Shown: positions 31,118 through 39,607 of the stretch, in pieces | Numbering within the stretch: the first letter of the stretch is position 1 | Layout: every line of letters begins with the position of its first letter | NCBI RefSeq assembly: GCF_028368995.1 | Contig: NZ_JAQNDL010000005.1 | Location: 192,001 to 256,000, forward strand | Length of the DNA: 64,000 nt | Direction: 5' to 3' | Origin: Nannocystis bainbridge | GTDB taxonomy: Bacteria; Myxococcota_A; Polyangia; Nannocystales; Nannocystaceae | The notes under the pieces: model-generated | Seen by the model: the letters and a program-made list of their open reading frames with translations, nothing else | Told to the model about the DNA's origin: nothing | Database searches by the model: none | Made by a program: the position numbers and the translations under genes

Positions 31118-32572
31118 CTACTTGCCGAGCTTGTACGCCTTCGACTTCGACTTCTTGCCGTAGATCTTCGCCTGCTCCGCGCTCTGACGGGCCGCGTCGA
31201 GGCCGGACTCGGCCTCCTTGAGCTCCTCGATCTGCTTGACCAGCTTCGGGCTCGGCGTCGCCTTGTGCTGCTTCTCGAGCGCGACCACGCCGTCCTGCAG
31301 CACCTTGCGCGCCCGGTCGTAGTCGCCGCCGTCGACCGCCACCGCCGCCGCTTGCATCTGCGCCGCGCTCTCGACCTCGGCCACGCGGACCGTCACCTCC
31401 GTGCGCTCCGAGCGGGCGATCTGCTCCGGATCGGTGCTGGTCGGGGCCGACAGCGCCAGCTTGCCCTCGACCGGCTTCCCCTGCTGGGTCTGGTCCTTGG
31501 CCCGCAGGTCGACCGTGCCCAGCGCCAGCTGTCCGCTCGCACCTGTCCCGAAGTTCACCTGCAACCGGACCACGATGTCGCGCACCTGCTGGGCCGCCAG
31601 CGAGCCGACCAGGATCGACGCGCCCTGCGGCGTCTCCTGCCAGGCGTAGCCATACACCTGGCGCACCTGGACCCCCGGCGCCATCTGCATCGTCACCTCG
31701 ATCCCCGACGCCACCGTCGCCACCAGCCCGGCGAACTCGTCCGACAGCACCCGCGGGATCGCGTCGGTGCCGGGGATGAAGTGATAGCGCCCGCCGCCCT
31801 GGTCGGCGAGCCGCGTCATCAGCTCCTCGTTGTAGTCGAGCCCGACCCCCAGCGTCGACACGCTGACCCCGTGGCCGAAGCCCTCGCGCGCCCGCTGCCC
31901 GAGCACCTGCGGGTTCTGCTCGCCGACGTTGGCCTGGCCGTCGGACAGCAGCAGCATGTGGCGCAACACATCCTCTTTGCGGGTCTTCGGGTCGAAGATC
32001 TCGAACCCGCGGTACAGCGCCGGCCCCAACGCCGTGCCGCCGCGGGTGTCGAGTCCCAGCACCACCGCGCGCGCCGTCTTGAGGCCGGCCTCGTCGACCA
32101 GCATGCGGTCGGTCATCACCTCGACGTCGCTGTCGTAGGCGATGAGCGACAGCCGATCCTGCGGCTTCAGCTCCTTCAGCAGATCGAGGGTCGCCTGTTT
32201 GACCGCGAGCAACTTCTCGCCGGCCATGCTGCCCGAGCGATCGAGCACCACCGCGAGGTCGAGCGGCGGCCGCTCGCCGGTGACCTCGCCCATGCCGCGC
32301 AGCCGCAACAACAGCTGGAGGTCGAGCGTGCCGGTGCGGCGGTCGAGCACCTCGAATTGTGGCAACACCTCGAGCTGCACCGAGCCCGAGGTCGTCACCC
32401 AGCCGAGCCCGCCCGGCACCGGCGCCTCGGCCTGGATCGGCTGCTCCGCCGCTTCGCTCGCCGGCACCTCGCGCCTGGGCTCGACCAGTCCCTTGCCTGT
32501 ACATCCGCCCGTGACGAACAACGCGAGCATCGTGAACACGGGGACCAGCGAGGACGGGCGCGGCGAGGGCAT
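31118..32572 (-). CDS. vWA domain lipoprotein (YfbK-like)
   Basis: Lipobox-like [34 protein letters not shown]. Confidence 0.88.
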   Translation of the reverse strand: MPSPRPSSLVPVFTMLALFVTGGCTGKGLVEPRREVPASEAAEQPIQAEAPVPGGLGWVTTSGSVQLEVLPQFEVLDRRTGTLDLQLLLRLRGMGEVTGERPPLDLAVVLDRSGSMAGEKLLAVKQATLDLLKELKPQDRLSLIAYDSDVEVMTDRMLVDEAGLKTARAVVLGLDTRGGTALGPALYRGFEIFDPKTRKEDVLRHMLLLSDGQANVGEQNPQVLGQRAREGFGHGVSVSTLGVGLDYNEELMTRLADQGGGRYHFIPGTDAIPRVLSDEFAGLVATVASGIEVTMQMAPGVQVRQVYGYAWQETPQGASILVGSLAAQQVRDIVVRLQVNFGTGASGQLALGTVDLRAKDQTQQGKPVEGKLALSAPTSTDPEQIARSERTEVTVRVAEVESAAQMQAAAVAVDGGDYDRARKVLQDGVVALEKQHKATPSPKLVKQIEELKEAESGLDAARQSAEQAKIYGKKSKSKAYKLGK

Positions 32573-32791
32573 CGTCGCCTGCAACGCCGCCGCGGCTCGC
32601 CGGTTCTGATCGACGATCGAAGCGCGACGATCCGCGGCTTCGATCTCTCCGATCCCCACGCTTCACGCCGCGATCGCTCGTCCTCACGAACGACGCTGCG
32701 CGGCTCGAATTCGCGCCACCGCGCGACGTATGACAGGCTGTCCCTTCGGACATCTGATTCGCGAGCCCACGAACCACGCTACCCTCCGCGC

Positions 32792-33259
32792 GTGCCGGTC
32801 CGACTCGTCGCCCTCCTCGCCCTGCTGGTCCTCGGATGCGCTCACAGCCCGCCCCCACCCGCGGGACCGCGCGTGCTGGCCGGCAGCGCGCAGATTCAGC
32901 GGGCCGAGGCGACCGTCGAGCTGACGCTGCGCTACCAGGTGCGCGAGGGTTCGGCGCTCGAGATCTCGGGCGAGCTGCGCGGCGGCGGCAGCGGCAGCGT
33001 CGGCGCCGTCGCCGTCGAGCTCCGCCCCGAAGGCTTCGAGCTCGCCGACCCGCCGATCTGGACCGCCGAGGTCGCCGCTGGCGAGGCCGCGAGCCACACC
33101 TGGAAGCTGCGCCCGCTGGCCGAGGGCATCGCCCGCATCGAGGTCCGCCACGGCCTCGCCGGCGGCGACCTCGACGGCAGCACCACCGCCGCCTTCCGCG
33201 TCGACGCCGACGCGATCCGCCTGTGCGCCACCGCCGACTGCGCCGGCGAGGCGCCCTGA
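32792..33259 (+). CDS. Small lipoprotein
   Basis: GTG start, LLALLVLGC lipobox. Confidence 0.7.
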   Translation: MPVRLVALLALLVLGCAHSPPPPAGPRVLAGSAQIQRAEATVELTLRYQVREGSALEISGELRGGGSGSVGAVAVELRPEGFELADPPIWTAEVAAGEAASHTWKLRPLAEGIARIEVRHGLAGGDLDGSTTAAFRVDADAIRLCATADCAGEAP

Positions 33260-33353
33260 GCGGGCCCCGGCCGCGAGTTCACGAAGCGAGATCGCGCAGG
33301 GAGTTTTCCCGGGGCCGGTCTGTTATCCTGTCGGAGTCGGGGACCCCAGAGTC

Positions 33354-34070
33354 ATGACTGAACAACGCGAGTACGCCGCCCGAACCAATCTTCACGCGTT
33401 TTATTCTCACAGTCAGCTCTTGATCGTCGCCGAGGGCGAGCTGCCGTCGACCGAGTACGAGATCGACATCGGCCACCAGGCCGGCGAGTCCATCCCGACC
33501 TTCGCCCTCACGCATCGCGCTCGCCCGACCGCCGTCGATGCGCCGCCCAAGGCCACGCCGTTCCGCTACGGCGAGATCTTCAGCATCGGTCGCCCGCCGG
33601 ACGTCATCCGCGTGCGCCACAAAGAGGGCCTCGACGACGTCAACGTCGAGTTCACCCGCGACGACCTCGTCGACATCGTCCTCAGCCTCAGCGGCGGCGA
33701 CGTCGAGGTCACCCTGCCCGACGCCGACGCCGACACCGGCGCATCGATCCCCCCGCCCCCGCCGTCGGGCTTCGACACGCACCCGCCCCCGCGCGAGAGC
33801 TCGGCCCCGGTCGAGTCGCGGCCGCTGACCGCCAGCGAGAAGGCCGGCATCCTCGGCGACATCGCCGTCCGCTACCGCGAGTCGATCGGCTACTCGAACA
33901 AGCTCTCGTTCGACGAGGCCTTCGCCGACGCGCTCAAGAAGCTGCCGCCGCCGTCGGTCAAGTTCCCCGACATGCTCGAGACGGTCGAGGTCGTGCAGAT
34001 CGGCGCGAGCTTCGGCGGCATCGCCGGCTTCCGCCGCCTCGAGGTCCGGATCCGCGCCTACCCGGATTGA
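33354..34070 (+). CDS. Hypothetical two-domain protein (C-terminal domain weakly dodecin-like)
   Basis: Good GC3 bias; Pro-rich linker; ESIGYSNKLSFDEAFADAL. Confidence 0.75.
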   Translation: MTEQREYAARTNLHAFYSHSQLLIVAEGELPSTEYEIDIGHQAGESIPTFALTHRARPTAVDAPPKATPFRYGEIFSIGRPPDVIRVRHKEGLDDVNVEFTRDDLVDIVLSLSGGDVEVTLPDADADTGASIPPPPPSGFDTHPPPRESSAPVESRPLTASEKAGILGDIAVRYRESIGYSNKLSFDEAFADALKKLPPPSVKFPDMLETVEVVQIGASFGGIAGFRRLEVRIRAYPD

Positions 34071-34144
34071 CCTGCTTGCATCTGCACCCGCCGCGCGAAA
34101 AGGGGTGCTTCCCAAGCTCCGCGGCCCTGTGGTAGGAACCAGTT

Positions 34145-34423
34145 CGTGCCTTGTGATTCCGTGACAGGAGGGCAGGTCTAGCTCGCTGCTCTGCAGCGGG
34201 GCGGCGTTGCGCCGCCCGAGCGTCTTCCCCACCATCCATCACAAGGAAGGCTATTCCAGAACGTCGCTGATCGTCCGTAGCCCATACGGGCCGCGACGGG
34301 CTGGTTCAACCTCGCCGATCGTGGTTCCGTGCGCGGCCCGTATGGGCTACGGACGGCGAGTTCAGTGAGCCTTCCATGTCCCAGGTCTTGAGGTAGATCC
34401 TCCTTCACAAATCACGATGCACG
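34145..34423 (+). ncRNA. Retron msr-msd non-coding unit, copy 1 (Mx162-type msDNA)
   Basis: a1/a2 imperfect inverted repeat 34145-34180/34394-34423; candidate branch G 34181; msr hairpins including GCGGCGTTGCGCCGC; perfect 24-bp msd stem 34272-34295/34332-34355. Confidence 0.8.
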
Positions 34424-34462
34424 GATGGCCGAGGCGCGACAGCTCCTCGGCCATCGCTTTTT
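34424..34462 (+). terminator. Intrinsic terminator between the two retron ncRNA copies
   Basis: gatggccgagg/cctcggccatc 11-bp stem followed by gcTTTTT. Confidence 0.7.
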
Positions 34463-34479
34463 CTGGTACTGTCCTCTTC

Positions 34480-34750
34480 GTGCTGCGCGTGTGCGAAGGA
34501 GGTCAGGTCTAGCTCGGTGCTCTGCACCGGGGCGGCGTTGCGCCGCCCGAGCGTTCTGCACGTCATTCGTCACAAGGAAGGCTGTTCCAGGATTCACTGA
34601 TCGCCGAGGTACCGGTCGCATCGCGACGGGCTGGTCCAACCTCGCCGATCGAGGTTCCGTGCGCGATGCGACCGGTACCTCGGCGGTGAATCCAGTGAGC
34701 CTTCCATGTCCCAGGTCATGAGGTAGAAAGCTCCTCGCCGCGCACGGCAC
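34480..34750 (+). ncRNA. Retron msr-msd non-coding unit, copy 2 (Mx162-type msDNA)
   Basis: a1/a2 34480-34511/34724-34750; candidate branch G 34512; same msr hairpins; perfect 24-bp stem 34602-34625/34662-34685; predicted msDNA about 165 nt (34558-34722, minus strand). Confidence 0.8.
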
Positions 34751-34752
34751 AT

Positions 34753-34807
34753 GCGGCCCCGACGACCTCCCCGCCGCTCGCGGGAGGCCCTCGGGGCCGC
34801 GGCTTTT
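34753..34807 (+). terminator. Terminator-like hairpin after copy 2
   Basis: gcggccccga...tcggggccgc stem followed by ggcTTTT. Confidence 0.5.
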
Positions 34808-34874
34808 GGGTCGCTGCGTGCGCCCCTGCCCGCGTTCGCTTGACATCCCGGCGCATCGGTCCGATGCCAGATCC

Positions 34875-35840
34875 ATGGGTACCGCCACCCACTCGCGGCC
34901 TCCGCGAGAACGCGCCCGACGCGCTCTACGCGTCGCTCTCGTCCTCAACCTCGCGTTCCTCGGGCTCGAGACGGTCTTCGCGTTCCTCAGCGGCTCCCTG
35001 GCCCTGCTGTCCGACGCGGCGCACATGGTCAGCGACGTCGCGGCCCTCGGGCTGGCCCTGCTCGCCGCCGAGTTCGCCCTGCGCCCGGCCGTCCAGGGCC
35101 GCACCTACGGGTTCGCCCGCGCCGAGGCCCTCGGCGCCTTCGCCAACGCCCTGTTCCTCGCGTTCGCCTGCGCCCTCATCGTCCACAGCGCGATCGGCCG
35201 CCTCAGCACCGGCGACACTCACTTCGAGCCCGAGCCCGTGCTGGTGGTCGGCACCGCCGGCCTCGTCGTCAACCTCGCCTCGGCCTGGTACCTCGCGCGC
35301 AGCGGCGGCGACAACCTCAACATCCGCGGCGCGCTCATCCACATGCTGGCCGACGCGCTCGGCTCGCTCGGGGCGATCGTCGCCGCCGTGCTCGCCTCGA
35401 CCTGGGCGATCCACGCCGCCGACTCGATCCTCAGCCTGGGCATCGCCGTCCTGGTCCTCTTCAGCGCCTGGGGCGTGCTGCGCGACGCGACCCGGGCCCT
35501 CCTCGATTTCGCCCCGACCCACCTCCCGCAGGAGCGCGTCGAGGCCGAGCTGCGCGCCGTGGCCGGGCTGTCGGAGATCCACGAGCTCCACCTGTGGAGC
35601 ATCGGCGGCTCGCCGGTGCTCACCGCCCACCTGGTCCCGCAGCCCGGGGTGGCCCCCGGCGACCTGCTGGCCCGCGCCGAGCACGTCCTGCGCGAGCACC
35701 TCGGCGTCGTCCACACGACCCTGCAGATCGACGACCCCGGCCCGTGCGCGCAGCGGCGCTGCCCGCTGTTCGACGAGCAGCTGGCGAAGATCCACACCCA
35801 CGGTCACGCGCACGGTCACGGTCACGGCCACGCGCACTGA
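34875..35840 (+). CDS. Cation diffusion facilitator (CzcD/ZitB-like) transporter
   Basis: SLALLSDAAHMVSD, LNIRGALIHMLADALGS, HELHLW, His-rich tail. Confidence 0.95.
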   Translation: MGTATHSRPPRERARRALRVALVLNLAFLGLETVFAFLSGSLALLSDAAHMVSDVAALGLALLAAEFALRPAVQGRTYGFARAEALGAFANALFLAFACALIVHSAIGRLSTGDTHFEPEPVLVVGTAGLVVNLASAWYLARSGGDNLNIRGALIHMLADALGSLGAIVAAVLASTWAIHAADSILSLGIAVLVLFSAWGVLRDATRALLDFAPTHLPQERVEAELRAVAGLSEIHELHLWSIGGSPVLTAHLVPQPGVAPGDLLARAEHVLREHLGVVHTTLQIDDPGPCAQRRCPLFDEQLAKIHTHGHAHGHGHGHAH

Positions 35841-35888
35841 CGGGCCTGCCGAGCGGGGCACGACACCGCGAGAGGTGCCCGACCGTCG

Positions 35889-36060
35889 CCTGTCCCGCAG
35901 GACACATTGAGAACATGTCCTGAGGGACAGGCCACGACTTCGCGCCGCGGTCACCGGCCTCAGAGGACGTGGGACATCATCACCTGTCCCGCAGGACAGG
36001 CTATCGTCATGTCCTCCGGGACAGGCCCGCGGCGTCGCGCCGCCACCTGTCCCGAAGGTC
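35889..36060. repeat. Cluster of CMTGTCC-N4-GGACAKG dyads
   Basis: Dyads starting at 35889, 35914, 35983, 36008. Confidence 0.75.
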
Positions 36061-36069
36061 ACGCCCTGC

Positions 36070-36972
36070 CTAGAACCCGATCTGCTTGCACGTGCAGCCG
36101 GCCACGTCCGGCCCGCACTGCGTCGGCGGGGCCGGGTTGTCGGCGCTGACCGACAGCGGGATGTAGCGGTCGGGCGACTGCGCGTGGCCGTCGATGCGCG
36201 TCCACACGTCTGCCGACGGCTCGAGCGCGTTGACGGCGGTCGCGTCCGCGTTGGTGATGAAGGGGACCACCAGCTTGTCGTCGGGGTAGCCGAAGCTCTT
36301 GAGGCCCTCGCTGAGGCCGTAGTGCGGGCCGATGTACTTGCAGCCGGCCTGGTCGAACTTGGCGAACACGTCGCTCGGGCAGTTGCTGCCGGTCGCCTCG
36401 CGGTAGTACTGCAGGAACGCGATCTCGCAGCCGACGCCGCCCGAGCAGCGGACCAGGTAGCGCCACCCGGTCTTCTTCGGATCGATGCAAGGATGGACGC
36501 ACGGGTTCCAGCTGATCGGCAGGCCGTCGCCCGGGCGCAGCTTGTCGGCGTAGCAGACCTCGCCGCGGAAGAACGGCAGCACGAAGGTCGGGAGGTCGCC
36601 CTCGCCCATCCCCGTGCAGTCCTCGGGCGCCTCGCAGGTCGCGGGCGGCCCGGTGGTCGCCGTCGGGTCCCAGCCCGTCGTCTCGGTCGTCGGCCCGCTC
36701 GTCGAGGTCGTCGCGTCGGTCCCGCCCGAGTTGCTGTCGCTCATGCTGCCCTCGGAGCTGGTGGTCGGCGCCGCCGTGGTCGTCGGCACGTCGGCCGTCG
36801 TCGATTCGGTGCCCGTCGCGCCGGTCGCGTCGGTCTCGGTCCCCGTGATCGAGGCTGACTCCGACGCCGTGTTGAGGGCGGCGGTCACCATCTCGTAGTT
36901 GTCCTGGCAGCCGGCCGCGAACGCGAGCGCGGAGAGCCAGGCCGTACGCAGCCAAAGCTGAGACATGGGCAT
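36070..36972 (-). CDS. Cys-rich lipoprotein with Thr/Ser-rich linker
   Basis: LAFAAGC lipobox, T/S/G low-complexity linker, Cys-rich C-terminal domain. Confidence 0.8.
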   Translation of the reverse strand: MPMSQLWLRTAWLSALAFAAGCQDNYEMVTAALNTASESASITGTETDATGATGTESTTADVPTTTAAPTTSSEGSMSDSNSGGTDATTSTSGPTTETTGWDPTATTGPPATCEAPEDCTGMGEGDLPTFVLPFFRGEVCYADKLRPGDGLPISWNPCVHPCIDPKKTGWRYLVRCSGGVGCEIAFLQYYREATGSNCPSDVFAKFDQAGCKYIGPHYGLSEGLKSFGYPDDKLVVPFITNADATAVNALEPSADVWTRIDGHAQSPDRYIPLSVSADNPAPPTQCGPDVAGCTCKQIGF

Positions 36973-37128
36973 GCCGAGCAGTGTAGAGGCTCGCCGGGCC
37001 GCGGGCGACATCTCGGCCGCGCGGCCTGCGCCGCTGCAGGGGGGCACGTGGCCCCGCGCACGGGCATCGCGCCCGCGGCGCCCGCATCGCCGCTCGCGCC
37101 CGGCCCGCGGGTTCGGCAAGCTTCGCGC

Positions 37129-38121
37129 ATGTTCGACCTGCGCATGTGGTTTCGAGCGCTGCAGATCATCCCGCGGCTCGGCAAAGACGAGTGGGACCGC
37201 CTCGACGTCGTAAGTCGCTGGCTCATCGCCACCCGCGCCGCCGTGTTCGTCATGACCATCGTGTCCGCCGGCATCGGCGGGATCCTGGCCGCGCGGGACG
37301 GTCAATTCTCCGGCCTCAACTTCCTCGCCTGCCTGATCGGCCTGGTGTTCGCCCACGCCACCAACAACCTCGTCAACGACCTCACCGATCACCTGCAGGG
37401 CGTCGACAAGGGCAACTACTTCCGCGCCCAGTACGGCCCGCAGCCGCTCGAGCACGGCCTCATGAGCGTGCGCGACGTGCTCCGCTACACCGCCATCACC
37501 GGCGCGATCGCCCTCGCCGCCGGCGTGTGGCTGATCGCCGCCACCGGCACCACCGCGCTCGGTCTCATGCTCGCCGGCGTCTTCTTCGTGCTGTTCTACA
37601 CCTGGCCCTTGAAACACATCGGCCTCGGCGAGCCGACCGTGCTGCTGGTGTGGGGCCCCTTGATGGTCGGCGGCACGTACCTGTGCACCGCCGGGCAGTG
37701 GAGCTGGGACGCCGCGCTGATCGGCACCGCCTACGCGCTCGGGCCGACCGCGGTGCTGTTCGGCAAGCACACCGACAAGCTCCCGGCCGACCGCGCCAAG
37801 GGCATCTTCACCTTGCCGGTGCTGCTCGGCGAGCCGCTCGCGCGCCGCTGCGTCACCGTCATGCTGGCCGCGCAGCTGGTCGCCGTGCTCGCCCTCGTAT
37901 GGCGCGGCGCGCTCGGCTGGCCGCTGCTGATCGTGCTCGCCGCCGTGCCGATGCTGCGCGACACCGCCGCCGTGTTCGCGCGCCCGCGGCCCGACACCTG
38001 CCCGCCCGAGTTCCCCAAGCACATCTGGCCGACCTACCTGGTCGCCTATGCCTTCCGCTACAACCGCCGCTTCGGCCTGCTGTTCCTGCTCGGCCTGCTG
38101 ATCGAGCTGGCGCTGTCTTAA
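37129..38121 (+). CDS. menA: UbiA/MenA family prenyltransferase
   Basis: NNLVNDLTDHLQGVD, FYTWPLKHIGLGE, DKLPADRAKGIFTLPV. Confidence 0.75.
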   Translation: MFDLRMWFRALQIIPRLGKDEWDRLDVVSRWLIATRAAVFVMTIVSAGIGGILAARDGQFSGLNFLACLIGLVFAHATNNLVNDLTDHLQGVDKGNYFRAQYGPQPLEHGLMSVRDVLRYTAITGAIALAAGVWLIAATGTTALGLMLAGVFFVLFYTWPLKHIGLGEPTVLLVWGPLMVGGTYLCTAGQWSWDAALIGTAYALGPTAVLFGKHTDKLPADRAKGIFTLPVLLGEPLARRCVTVMLAAQLVAVLALVWRGALGWPLLIVLAAVPMLRDTAAVFARPRPDTCPPEFPKHIWPTYLVAYAFRYNRRFGLLFLLGLLIELALS

Positions 38122-38226
38122 GTAAAAAGACGCCCGCCGAAAGCACGAAGGGCCGAAGCCATCGCGGAGGATGGCTTCAGCCCTTTGGGAAGCGCGGTGA
38201 CCGGTAGCACCCGGTCGCGCGGCGGC

Positions 38227-38694
38227 TCACTTCGGAGCGGGCTCGGCGGGCGCGGCGGCAGCGGGCGCAGCGGGCGCCGCAGAGCCGGTCGACGGCGTGC
38301 AGATCGGCGCCTCGGTCCCGTTCTCCGTGACCTTGTTGGCGACCCCGTAGCAGCCCCACACCACCTCGAGCTCGCGGCACGAGCCCGGGTTGAGCTCGAT
38401 GAACTTCGCGGCCCGCTGGCGCGCCTCGGGCGACTGGCCGATGTTGGGGCCCACCCACTGGAGCTGCAGCCGACCGAGGATCTCCTTCGTCAGGCCGACA
38501 TTGATGCTCTCGCGCGCGGCCGCGTTGGTGACGCATTGGTTGTAGTCGACGATGTTCTGCAGCACGCAGACATTCCCCTCCGACAACACGTAGCCCGACT
38601 CACAACCTCCCGGGCTCTTCGTTTTGTCGCCCTTGCAGGCGACGGCGGACAGGGCGGCAGAGCTCAGGGCGAGGACGGCGAGGATACGGAGCAT
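38227..38694 (-). CDS. Lipoprotein
   Basis: MLRILAVLALSSAALSAVAC lipobox. Confidence 0.75.
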   Translation of the reverse strand: MLRILAVLALSSAALSAVACKGDKTKSPGGCESGYVLSEGNVCVLQNIVDYNQCVTNAAARESINVGLTKEILGRLQLQWVGPNIGQSPEARQRAAKFIELNPGSCRELEVVWGCYGVANKVTENGTEAPICTPSTGSAAPAAPAAAAPAEPAPK

Positions 38695-38821
38695 GGGGGG
38701 AGCCTCTTCGTTGCGGCCGATTGTATGCCACAGGGGTCCGCGCGCCGCACGAAATTCGCCGGACCGGGGAAAAATGCCACCGCGATCGCGTATAACCGCG
38801 TCCCGGGCTATCTTTGCGGCC

Positions 38822-39511
38822 ATGAGCGAGCCTTCCGACCTGTACTTCCGTCAAGTGCCGATCGGGCCGATGGGCAACTTCATCTACTTCATCGGCAGCC
38901 GCGCCACGCGGACCTGCGTGGTCGTCGACCCGGCCTGGGACACCGACGCGCTGATCCGGCTGGCCGAGGCCGACGACATGAAGATCGTCGGGGCGCTCGT
39001 CACTCACTATCACCCGGACCATTGCGGCGGCGGGATGATGGGGTTCAACGTCCCCGGCGGCGTCGCCGAGCTCATCGGTCGCGTCGACGCCCGCATCCAC
39101 GTGCACAAGCTCGAGGCCGACGGGCTCAAGCAGGTCACCGGCGTCAGCGAGGCCGACCTCGTGCGCCGCGAGGGCGGCGATCGGCTCGCGCTCGGCGACG
39201 TCGAGCTCACGTTCATTCACACACCTGGCCACACCCCGGGCAGTCAGTGCTTCTTCGTCCGCGATCGCCTGGTCGCCGGCGACACTCTGTTCGTCGACGG
39301 CTGCGGGCGCGTCGACCTCCCGGGCGGCGACGCCCAGCAGATGTACGAGAGCCTCACCGGGCCGCTGGCCGCGCTGAGCGACGACGTCGTCCTTTACCCC
39401 GGCCACAACTACGGCCCGACCCCCACCAGCCCGCTGGGTACGCAACGGAAGACCAACCGCTACTTGCGGATCCGCTCGCGCGACGACTGGCGGCGGCTGA
39501 TGGGTCGCTGA
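38822..39511 (+). CDS. MBL-fold hydrolase (glyoxalase II-like)
   Basis: THYHPDH, HTPGHTPGS, GDTLFVDGCGR, PGHNY. Confidence 0.92.
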   Translation: MSEPSDLYFRQVPIGPMGNFIYFIGSRATRTCVVVDPAWDTDALIRLAEADDMKIVGALVTHYHPDHCGGGMMGFNVPGGVAELIGRVDARIHVHKLEADGLKQVTGVSEADLVRREGGDRLALGDVELTFIHTPGHTPGSQCFFVRDRLVAGDTLFVDGCGRVDLPGGDAQQMYESLTGPLAALSDDVVLYPGHNYGPTPTSPLGTQRKTNRYLRIRSRDDWRRLMGR

Positions 39512-39607
39512 CGCGAGCGACGGCGCGCGATGGCCGACGCGGCGCCTCGTTGTACGATCCCCGTCCGCGGCCTCGGGTTGTCGCGTCGGCTTGGGTAGGA
39601 TGGGCGC

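Noticed and set aside
34145-34750. Alternative identities for the duplicated RNA: tRNA, 6S, SRP, RNase P, riboswitch for the CDF gene, MITE
   Set aside because: No cloverleaf or signature motifs and no target-site duplication seen; the a1/a2-G-hairpin-long-stem layout fits msr-msd better
33958-35104. ORFs overlapping the duplicated element (33958-34242, 34178-34408, 34425-34721, 34412-35104)
   Set aside because: No protein motifs; differences between the copies preserve base pairing rather than codons
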